A stretch of 64,000 nt of DNA, from positions 152,426 to 216,425 of the forward strand of contig DATMML010000037.1 of the NCBI GenBank assembly GCA_035570235.1. Reading direction: 5' to 3'. This DNA comes from Vicinamibacteria bacterium. GTDB lineage: Bacteria; Acidobacteriota; Vicinamibacteria; Fen-336. Shown here in pieces: positions 50,131 to 57,730 of this stretch. The position numbers and the translations under genes are program-made. The notes under the pieces are model-generated. The model was given only the letters and a program-made list of their open reading frames with translations. It was not told the DNA's origin and made no database searches. Numbering within the stretch: the stretch's first letter is position 1; each line of letters starts with the position of its first letter.

Positions 50131-50822
50131 CGCCCCGGGAGCGCCTGATCGTGGCCCTGGACCTGCCCGGCCGCGAGGAGGCGCTCGCCCTCGTCGGCCG
50201 CCTGGCCGGCCGGGCGGGGATGTTCAAGGTCGGAAGCCGGCTCTTCACCGCGGCGGGGCCGGACCTCGTGCGCGAGCTTTTGGCCCGGGGCGAGAAGGTC
50301 TTTTTGGACCTCAAGTACCACGACATCCCCGACGTCGTGGGCGCCGCCGTGGGCGAGGCCGCCCGCTTGGGGGTGTCGCTCCTGGACGTCCACGCCCTCG
50401 GCGGCCCGGCCATGATCGAGGCGGCGGCGGGGGCTCTGCCCGCCCTCGGCACGCGCCTTCTGGCCGTGACCATCCTGACCAGCCACGACCAGCCGGACCT
50501 GGACCAGGTCGGGATCGGGGGGCCGCTCACGGAGTCGGTGCGGCGCCTCGCTCTGCTGGCCAAGGCCTCCGGAGTGGACGGTGTGGTGGCCTCGCCCCAC
50601 GAGGCCGCTCTCCTCCGCGAGGCGTGCGGTCCCCAATTCCTGATCGTGACCCCGGGCATCCGGCCGGCGGGGGCGCGGGCCGGCGACCAGGCGCGCGCCG
50701 CCACCCCCGGCGCCGCCCTGGCCGCGGGAGCGGACTACCTCGTGGTGGGCCGGCCCATCACCGAGGCCCCGGATCCGTCCGCCGCGCTCGAGGCCATCGT
50801 CCGGGAGATGGAAGCGGTTTGA
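50127..50822 (+). CDS. pyrF: orotidine 5'-phosphate decarboxylase
   Basis: LIVALD...[10 protein letters not shown] catalytic lysine motif; start overlaps the pyrD stop. Confidence 0.9.
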   Translation: MTPRERLIVALDLPGREEALALVGRLAGRAGMFKVGSRLFTAAGPDLVRELLARGEKVFLDLKYHDIPDVVGAAVGEAARLGVSLLDVHALGGPAMIEAAAGALPALGTRLLAVTILTSHDQPDLDQVGIGGPLTESVRRLALLAKASGVDGVVASPHEAALLREACGPQFLIVTPGIRPAGARAGDQARAATPGAALAAGADYLVVGRPITEAPDPSAALEAIVREMEAV

Positions 50823-50856
50823 CCCCCTCCCCCCCGCTCTGGTACGCTTGGAAGTT

Positions 50857-50887
50857 GAAAATGAAATTGAAATTCAATTTCATTATG
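50857..50887. promoter_or_regulatory. Fur-box-like AT-rich palindrome (TGAAATTGAA-A-TTCAATTTCA) overlapping the start codon of the cytochrome c/FTR1 gene
   Basis: Perfect 10-1-10 palindrome of GAAAAT/GAAATT hexamers (consensus Fur hexamer GATAAT) in an otherwise 70% GC context. Confidence 0.5.
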
Positions 50888-52801
50888 TCCCTCGTCCTCC
50901 TGGCCAGCGGCCTCCTGGCCGCTTGCGCGGGGGCGCCCGCGGCCCCCCAAGCGCCCGCCGCGGACGGGGGCGACGGCCAGCGCCTGGTCGCTCTCCTCGA
51001 CTACATCAGCGGCGACTACCGGCGCGCGGTCCGCGGCCGGCAGGTCCTGGTGGTGAGCGAGTACGAGGAGCAGATCCGGTTCGCGGGCGAGGCCCGCGGA
51101 CTGGCTCGCGGCCTCCTGGGCCCCTCCTCCTCCCCGGACGATCCCCTCCTGACCGGGCTCGCCGAGGTGGAGGCCCAGGTCCGGGCGAAGGCGGAGCCGG
51201 AAGCAGTGGCGGAGGTCTGCCGGTCGGCGCGCGAGCAGGCGGTGGCGCGCTTCAGCCTCCGCACCATGCCCGTCGAGCGGCCCTCCCTCCCCCGCGCCCA
51301 GCGCCTCTACGCCGAGTCCTGCACCCCCTGCCACGGCGCGCAGGGGAACGCCGACACCGAGCGGGCCCGTTCCTTCAACCCTCCCCCCGCGCGCTTCCGC
51401 GACCCCTCCCGCCTGGGCGAGATGTCTCCCTACCGGATCTACAACGCGCTCACCTTCGGCGTCCCCGGCACGGCCATGGCCTCCTTCGACAGCCTGTCCC
51501 CCGCCGACCGCTGGAGCCTGGCCTTCTACGTCTTCCGGCTGGGGCACGAGGGCGAGAGGGCGGGAGCCCCCGTGGCCATGACCCTGGCCGACATGGCCGG
51601 CCGCTCCGACCTCGAGATCGCCGCCGGCCTTAAGGCCGAGAAGCACCCCGACCCCGACGGTGCGCTCGTCTACCTGCGGCGCGAGGCGGCCTTCACGGAG
51701 GCGCCGGCGGGGGTCGGGATCGACCGCACGCGGGAGATGGCCCGGCAGGCGGTGCGCCTGTACACCCAGGGGCGGGCGCGCGAGGCGGACCGCCTGGCCC
51801 TCGACGCCTACCTGCAGGGCTTCGAGCCGCTGGAGATGCGCCTGCGGGCCCGGGACGCCGCGGGCACGCTCCAGGTGGAGACCGGCTTCCGCGACCTTAG
51901 GGCCTCGATGGTTCAGGGGGAGACCGCCGATCGTGTGCGGGCCCGGGGCCAGGCCCTGGATGGCCGGCTGGCCTGGCTGGGGGAGGGAGGGCGGCGGCCC
52001 CTCGTCCCCCTGGCCGCGGGCTTCCTGATCTACTTCCGGGAGGGCGTCGAGGCCGCGCTCCTCGTGGGCGCTCTCCTGGCCGGCCTCAGGCGCCTCGGCC
52101 GCCCCGAGGCCGCGCGGTACCTCCACGCGGGCTGGCTTCTGGCCCTGCCCGCGGGCGTGGTCACCTGGTGGGTCTTCGACCGCGCCATCTCCCTGGGCTC
52201 GAGCCAGCGCGAGCTGATGGAGGCGCTCGTCGCCCTCCTGGCCGCGGCCGTGCTCTTCTCGGTGAGCTTCTGGATGATCTCCAAGGCGGAGTCCCGCCAC
52301 TGGATGGGCTACCTCAAGCAGAAGCTCGAGGCGGGGCTCTCCCGCCGCAGCCTCCTCGTCCTCTCCGGCCTGGCTTTCCTAGCCGTCTATCGGGAGGCCG
52401 CCGAGACCATCCTCTTCACTCAGGCCCTGCTCCTGGAGTCGGAGCTCCATCGGGCCGAGGTCTGGACGGGGGCGCTTCTGGGCCTCCTGGCGGTGGTGGT
52501 GGCGGCCGTCCTCATGAACCGCACCGTCCTGCGTCTGCCCCTCGGTCCCTTCTTCGCGGTCTCCAGCCTCCTCCTCTGCGGCCTCGCCATCTCCTTCGCG
52601 GGGACGGGCATCTACCAGCTGGTGGCGACGGGCTACCTGACCCCGCGCCCGGTGCCCTTCCCGGAGGTGCCCTGGATGGGCATCCATCCCGACCTGACCG
52701 GCCTGCTCGTTCAGCTCACGATCCTCCTCATCATCGCGGGGGCGGGGCTCCTCACCCTCCTGCGGCGGCCCCTGGCCCAGTCCGGCGGTCACGCCGCCTG
52801 A
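50861..52801 (+). CDS. cytochrome c / FTR1-family iron permease fusion (lipoprotein signal)
   Basis: MKLKF...LLAACAG lipobox; CTPCHG heme-binding CxxCH; two RExxE motifs (FREGVEA, YREAAET) in a 7-TM FTR1 permease domain. Confidence 0.8.
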   Translation: MKLKFNFIMSLVLLASGLLAACAGAPAAPQAPAADGGDGQRLVALLDYISGDYRRAVRGRQVLVVSEYEEQIRFAGEARGLARGLLGPSSSPDDPLLTGLAEVEAQVRAKAEPEAVAEVCRSAREQAVARFSLRTMPVERPSLPRAQRLYAESCTPCHGAQGNADTERARSFNPPPARFRDPSRLGEMSPYRIYNALTFGVPGTAMASFDSLSPADRWSLAFYVFRLGHEGERAGAPVAMTLADMAGRSDLEIAAGLKAEKHPDPDGALVYLRREAAFTEAPAGVGIDRTREMARQAVRLYTQGRAREADRLALDAYLQGFEPLEMRLRARDAAGTLQVETGFRDLRASMVQGETADRVRARGQALDGRLAWLGEGGRRPLVPLAAGFLIYFREGVEAALLVGALLAGLRRLGRPEAARYLHAGWLLALPAGVVTWWVFDRAISLGSSQRELMEALVALLAAAVLFSVSFWMISKAESRHWMGYLKQKLEAGLSRRSLLVLSGLAFLAVYREAAETILFTQALLLESELHRAEVWTGALLGLLAVVVAAVLMNRTVLRLPLGPFFAVSSLLLCGLAISFAGTGIYQLVATGYLTPRPVPFPEVPWMGIHPDLTGLLVQLTILLIIAGAGLLTLLRRPLAQSGGHAA

Positions 52802-52809
52802 AGCCGACG

Positions 52810-53067
52810 GTGTCCCCGCCCACCCTCACCCTGCTCGGCAGACCGGACTGCCGTCTCTGCCATGAGATGCGGGCGGTGGCGGAGCGGGTGCTCCTCGAGC
52901 CCGCCCGGGTCGTAGAGCGGGACGTCCGCGAGGACCCCGAGCTCGAGAAGCTCTACCGGCTGGAGATTCCGGTGCTGCTTTGGGGAGAGCGGGAGGTCGT
53001 CCGGCACCGCGTGACGGAGGCCGAGCTCCGCGGGCGGCTGCAGGAGCTCGGCTTCGGCCGCCCCTGA
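52810..53067 (+). CDS. glutaredoxin-like small protein (DUF836/YruB-like)
   Basis: LLGRPDCRLCHEM CxxC motif in an 85-aa thioredoxin fold; GTG start 9 nt after the upstream stop. Confidence 0.55.
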   Translation: MSPPTLTLLGRPDCRLCHEMRAVAERVLLEPARVVERDVREDPELEKLYRLEIPVLLWGEREVVRHRVTEAELRGRLQELGFGRP

Positions 53068-53070
53068 GGG

Positions 53071-53110
53071 AAAAAAGACGGCGTGCCCCAGGGGGGCACG
53101 CCGTCTTTGC
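53071..53110. terminator. bidirectional rho-independent terminator (GACGGCGTGCCCC-AGG-GGGGCACGCCGTC flanked by A6 / T3)
   Basis: 13-bp perfect GC-rich stem, 3-nt loop, A-run upstream and T-run downstream; sits between convergent genes. Confidence 0.6.
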
Positions 53111-53130
53111 CATCGCTGGCTTTTTGGTCG

Positions 53131-54642
53131 CTACTCGTCGGTGCGGAAGGTGAACACCACCCGCTCGCCGGCTCGGCCGCTCAGGCGGAAGACGACCGCC
53201 TCGCCCGAGATCTCGGCCACGCTTCCGGCCAGGACGCGCAGGCTGCCGGGAACCAGGTTGGCGGTGGCTCCGAGCTCGAAGCGCCACGTCCCGGGCTTTC
53301 CCGCCCCCTGGACGAGCTGGGCCTCGACCCGGTTCTCGCCCCGGCGGCCCGCGGCCAGCGCCGTGGACCCGCCCGGGCCCGCGAACGCCGCGGTCTCGCC
53401 GTTGACCATCACCTGACCGCTCGCTCCCTCGACGTCGAGCTGGCTCGCCCAACCGATCCGGCGGGCGAGGGCGGTCGTGGGTTGGGCGGTCGGGGAAACC
53501 GATGCCAGGCAGGGGGTGTCCTTCGAGACGCCGCTTGCGGCCACGGGGAAGAAGCAGGGCTGGAACGGCATGCGGACCTGGAAGTCCTCGTGGGCGTTGG
53601 GGGCGTTGCCGGGGGTGTTCTGCGTCTCCACCCTCATGCGCACGTCATAGACGAAGGTGATGGTGAAGACGGGCACGAGGTTTCCGCTCGCTCCGATGTT
53701 TCCGTTCGCATGCTGGCCGCCGAAGGGTGTCGTGATCCCGGTGACGGGGGTGAAGGTGATGGGAACGTCGCACTTGCCTCCCAGAGTCGTCGGAAAATTG
53801 GGCGGGGGCGGGATGGGACCGGGAAAGTTCGTCTCCACGTGCAGGTTCACGTCCACGTTGTAGGCGAGCTTGCCTGGTCCCGTGCTCTGGCACATGTCGA
53901 ACTCGACTTGCTGGGCCTGGAAGGGATTGAAGAAGGGCAGGTTGATGGGTGAGCCCTGCTCGACGCCGCCCAAGCGGACATGGAAGGAGGCGTTGAAGGG
54001 CACGGCGGGCAGGGTGGTCGTGGTGGTCGTGGGCAGCGCGGCGGGCGCGGTGGTCGGCGGCGAACCCGCGGTCTGCGTCGGCGAGGGCGAATTGCTGCTG
54101 CGGGTGGCCAGGGCGACGCCGCCCCCCACCACCGCCGCTCCCCCCACCGCCGCCAGCACCGTCGCCGTCCCGATTCCCGCCGCCGCAAACCCCGCGGGCA
54201 CGGCCGGAAACACCGCCCCCGGGGCGCTCGAGGCAAAGGGAGCCACGGGGGTGTCCTTCTGGCACTCGCTCTCGCTCTTCACTACCAGCGCCTCGTTGTC
54301 CACCGTCCGGTTCTCCAGGAACTTCTGGTCGAACGCGTCCACGTAGTACTGAATCTTCTTCCCGATAAGCTCCTTCCTGGGCTTGGGAAGAACCCCCGCG
54401 TGGCAGGGCGCATCCGCCTTCATCTCCACGTAGTACCAGTTCGGCGGTCCCTCCTCCGCCCGGAAGTAGACCCTCGCCCGGGCCACCTGGCCCGCGGGCG
54501 AAAAGCAGGCGTTCATCTTCGGATACTTTTCGGCCACGATGCACCCGATGGCTTTGTGATCGATCGTCAAGCCCTGCGCCCGCAGTGACCCCGGCAACAG
54601 CATCAAGAGCAGCGCGACTCCATTAACGGTGGCTCGCTTCAT
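53131..54642 (-). CDS. secreted paralog 1 of an uncharacterised triplicated family (Cys-containing N-domain, Gly/Ala hydrophobic segment, Thr/Pro linker, two further domains)
   Basis: Signal peptide LLPGSLRAQG; 60-75% identity by eye to the two downstream paralogs across all domains. Confidence 0.6.
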   Translation of the reverse strand: MKRATVNGVALLLMLLPGSLRAQGLTIDHKAIGCIVAEKYPKMNACFSPAGQVARARVYFRAEEGPPNWYYVEMKADAPCHAGVLPKPRKELIGKKIQYYVDAFDQKFLENRTVDNEALVVKSESECQKDTPVAPFASSAPGAVFPAVPAGFAAAGIGTATVLAAVGGAAVVGGGVALATRSSNSPSPTQTAGSPPTTAPAALPTTTTTTLPAVPFNASFHVRLGGVEQGSPINLPFFNPFQAQQVEFDMCQSTGPGKLAYNVDVNLHVETNFPGPIPPPPNFPTTLGGKCDVPITFTPVTGITTPFGGQHANGNIGASGNLVPVFTITFVYDVRMRVETQNTPGNAPNAHEDFQVRMPFQPCFFPVAASGVSKDTPCLASVSPTAQPTTALARRIGWASQLDVEGASGQVMVNGETAAFAGPGGSTALAAGRRGENRVEAQLVQGAGKPGTWRFELGATANLVPGSLRVLAGSVAEISGEAVVFRLSGRAGERVVFTFRTDE

Positions 54643-54763
54643 CGTTTAGCCTCCCCAGGCATCTCGCCGCGACCGGCCAGAGTACGGCGTGGCCGGACCG
54701 GCACGAGGGACTGTGTCTTATACGGGTGTTATAGCACAAAGGCAGGGTGGTCCCTAGGAAATA

Positions 54764-54802
54764 GGAGCGAGCGGCATGCCCCGCAGGGCACGCCGCTCGC
54801 TC
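54764..54802 (-). terminator. GC-rich hairpin (16-bp stem, 1 mismatch) downstream of paralog 2
   Basis: GGAGCGAGCGGCATGCC-CCGCAG-GGCACGCCGCTCGCTC; weak T-tract on the minus strand. Confidence 0.35.
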
Positions 54803-54817
54803 GCGGACCAGTTCTGA

Positions 54818-56248
54818 CTAGTTTGCGGTACGGAAGCTGAATACCACGCGCTCGCCCGGCCGGCCGCTCAGCCGGAAGACGACCGACTCACCCGACAGCA
54901 GGGCCACGTCGCCGGCGAGAACGCGCACGCTTCCCGGCATGACACCGGTCGTCGGCAAGTCGAAGCGCCAGGTGCCCGGCTTCCCCGCCCCCTGCACGAG
55001 CTGGGCTTCGACGCGGTTTTCTCCCACCCGGCCCGTGGCGAGAGAAGTCGACCGGCCGGGGCCCGCGAAGACCGCGGCCGCGCCGTTGATCACCACTTGG
55101 CCCGTGGCTTCCGGCACGTCTAGCTGGCTGGCCCAGACAATACGCCCCGCGGTTGAAGACTGCAGGCCCGAGTTGGACTCGAAGCCGAAGCCGCGGTCCA
55201 TCAGAATATGGACGTCCTGGTGCGCCTTCGGGCTGTTGCCGGGAGTGCCCGCCGTCTCCACCCTCATACGGACATCATAGCTGCCGATGAGGAAGAAGCC
55301 GAGGGAGCCGGAAGGTCTGAGAGCTGAGACTCCGAAGCCCCGGAAGGGTGATGAGATCCCCCGGTCAGTGAAGGTCATTGGAATGTTGCAGAGTCCTCCA
55401 AGCGTGACCGGGAAACCAGGGGGGCCAGGGAACCCCGGGACAGGGGTCTCGCCGACATCTACGTTGAAGGTGAGCGTGCCCGGCCCCGTGCTCTGGCACA
55501 TATCGAACTCGACCTGGGGAGGAACAAAGGGGTTCAGATCCAGGGACGTGCTCGTCTGCACCACCCCGCCCACCTTGACGATGAAGACGGCATTGAAGGG
55601 CACCTGGGGCTGGGTCGTGGTGGTTGTGGTCGGTATGGTCGCCGGTACCGTCGTGGGCGTCGTGACTAAGGGCTGCGTCGTTGGCGGCGGGTTGTTGTTG
55701 CTGCGGGTGGCGAGGGCGACTCCGCCCCCCACCACCGCCGCTCCCCCCACCGCCGCCACCACCGTCGCCGTCCCCACCCCCGCCGCCGCAAACCCCGCCG
55801 GCACGGCCGGGAAGACCGCGGCCGGCGCGCTCGTCGCGAAGGGCGCGACGGGCACGTCCTTCTTGCACTCGGACTCGCTTTTCACCACCAGCGCCTCGTT
55901 GTCCACGGTGCGGTTCTCCGCGAACTTCTGGTCGAAGGCGTTCACGTAGTAGAGGACCTTCTTCCCGATCAGCTGCTTCTTGGGCTTGGGAAGAACCCCT
56001 GCGTGGCAGGGGGCCTCCGACTTCATCTCCACGTAGTACCAGTTCGGCGGCCCGTCCTCCTGCCGGAAGTAGACGCGCGCCCGGGCCAGCTGGCTGGCGG
56101 GAGAAAAGCACGCGTTCAACTTGGGATACTTCTCGGCCACGATGCATCCCACCGGCTTGTGGTCGATGTTCAGCCCTTGGGCCAGAAGAGGGACCGGCAG
56201 CACCAGCAATAGCGACGCGACTCCGCGACGGACGGCTCGCTCCAACAT
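54818..56248 (-). CDS. secreted paralog 2 of the triplicated family
   Basis: ATG start 7 nt after a GGGAGG RBS; same domain order as paralog 1, including the C-terminal β-rich domain. Confidence 0.6.
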   Translation of the reverse strand: MLERAVRRGVASLLLVLPVPLLAQGLNIDHKPVGCIVAEKYPKLNACFSPASQLARARVYFRQEDGPPNWYYVEMKSEAPCHAGVLPKPKKQLIGKKVLYYVNAFDQKFAENRTVDNEALVVKSESECKKDVPVAPFATSAPAAVFPAVPAGFAAAGVGTATVVAAVGGAAVVGGGVALATRSNNNPPPTTQPLVTTPTTVPATIPTTTTTTQPQVPFNAVFIVKVGGVVQTSTSLDLNPFVPPQVEFDMCQSTGPGTLTFNVDVGETPVPGFPGPPGFPVTLGGLCNIPMTFTDRGISSPFRGFGVSALRPSGSLGFFLIGSYDVRMRVETAGTPGNSPKAHQDVHILMDRGFGFESNSGLQSSTAGRIVWASQLDVPEATGQVVINGAAAVFAGPGRSTSLATGRVGENRVEAQLVQGAGKPGTWRFDLPTTGVMPGSVRVLAGDVALLSGESVVFRLSGRPGERVVFSFRTAN

Positions 56249-56422
56249 GAATAGCCTCCCCAGGCTTTGCGCCGCGACCGGACACAAGAAAGCCTTGGCC
56301 GGACCGGCAGGAGGAATCTGTTCCCTAGTGTGCACGCCCCCGATACCACGAATGCGTTGTCGTTCCCGACAAAGAAGCGGGAGCGAACGGACCGGATTCA
56401 AGGGCACGCCGCAGGCCGACAT

Positions 56423-57475
56423 CTAACAGCAGTTCGTATTGAAGAGAATGTGGAAGTCCTGGTGGGCTTTCGGGCTGTTGCCCACCGTACCGGCCGTCTC
56501 CACCCGCATGCGGATGTCATAGCTGCCAATGACGAAGGGAGGCGGGGGAAAGGGCGGCGGGCCGGGGGGGGATGTGAACCCCCGGTCCGTGAAGGCGACG
56601 GGAATGCTGCAGGTCCCTCCCAGCGTGACCGGGAAGCCAGAAACGGGCGGGGAGAACTGAGCCGGGTTGGCCCCGATGTCGAGGTTGAAGGCGAGCTTGC
56701 CCGGGCCCGTGCTCTGGCACATGTTGAACTCGACGATGGGGGGGGTAGAGCAGGCGCACGTGTTCAGCGTGGGGCTCGTCTGAGGTGCCCCGTTCACCCG
56801 GACGATGAAGACGGCGTTGAAGGGTACGGGGGGGGTCGTGGCCGGGGTGGTGGTGGGCGTGGTGATCGGGGTCGTGACGGGCACGGTGGCGGGAATACCC
56901 TGAGTGGTAGGAGTCGGGTTGTTGTTCCCGCTCGACGCGAGCGCCACCCCGCCCCCCACCACCGCCGCTCCCCCCACCACCGCCGCCACCGTCGCCGTCC
57001 CCACTCCCGCCGCCGCAAACCCGGCCGGCATGGCGGGGAAGACGGCGGCGGGGGCGCCCGCCGCGAAGGGCGCGACGGGCAGGTCTTTCCGGCACTCGCC
57101 CTCGCTCTTCACGACCAAGGCCTCGTTGTCCACGGTGCGGTTCTCCGCGAACTTCTGGTCGAACGCGTTCACGTAGTAGAGGACCTTCTTCCCGATCAGC
57201 TGCTTCTTGGGCTTGGGAAGAACCCCTGCGTGGCAGGGGGCCTCCGACTTCATCTCCACGTAGTACCAGTTCGGCGGCCCGTCCGCCTGCCGGAAATAGA
57301 CGCGGGCCCGTGCCAGCTGGCTGGCGGGCGAAAAGCACGCGTTCAACTTGGGATACTTCTCGGCCACGATGCATCCCACCGGTTTGTGGTCGATGTTCAG
57401 CCCTTGGGCGAGAAGAGGGACGGGAAGCACCACCCACAGCAATGCGACTCCGCGACGCACGGCCCGCTCAAACAT
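56423..57475 (-). CDS. secreted paralog 3 of the triplicated family, C-terminally truncated (possible pseudogene or variant)
   Basis: Identical N-terminal half to paralog 2; ends ...HILFNTNCC, lacking the last approx. 125 aa present in paralogs 1 and 2. Confidence 0.5.
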   Translation of the reverse strand: MFERAVRRGVALLWVVLPVPLLAQGLNIDHKPVGCIVAEKYPKLNACFSPASQLARARVYFRQADGPPNWYYVEMKSEAPCHAGVLPKPKKQLIGKKVLYYVNAFDQKFAENRTVDNEALVVKSEGECRKDLPVAPFAAGAPAAVFPAMPAGFAAAGVGTATVAAVVGGAAVVGGGVALASSGNNNPTPTTQGIPATVPVTTPITTPTTTPATTPPVPFNAVFIVRVNGAPQTSPTLNTCACSTPPIVEFNMCQSTGPGKLAFNLDIGANPAQFSPPVSGFPVTLGGTCSIPVAFTDRGFTSPPGPPPFPPPPFVIGSYDIRMRVETAGTVGNSPKAHQDFHILFNTNCC

Positions 57476-57730
57476 GAATAGCCTCCCGAGGCTTTGCGTG
57501 CCGGACACAGGAAGCAGGTGGCCGGACCGGTAGGAGGGATTTCCCGGCGATATTAGCACGAAGGTCAAGCCTCGGTGGCGTGCCCGGCGGGGAAAGGGCG
57601 TCGTTTTCTGTTCTCTCCTTGTCCACTGCGAAGAGAATTTTGGGGCCGGAACCCTATCCGCGGCTCGGGAGGGCGGAGGGTGCGGGCGTGGGGGCGCGGA
57701 GCGGCTCCGGGAGAGCAACCCCCGCGTGAG

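Noticed and set aside
50069-50860. 5' extension of the cytochrome c/FTR1 ORF overlapping pyrF
   Set aside because: Different frame from pyrF and Arg/Gly/Pro-rich; a lipoprotein signal peptide begins at the ATG at 50861 inside the Fur-like palindrome.
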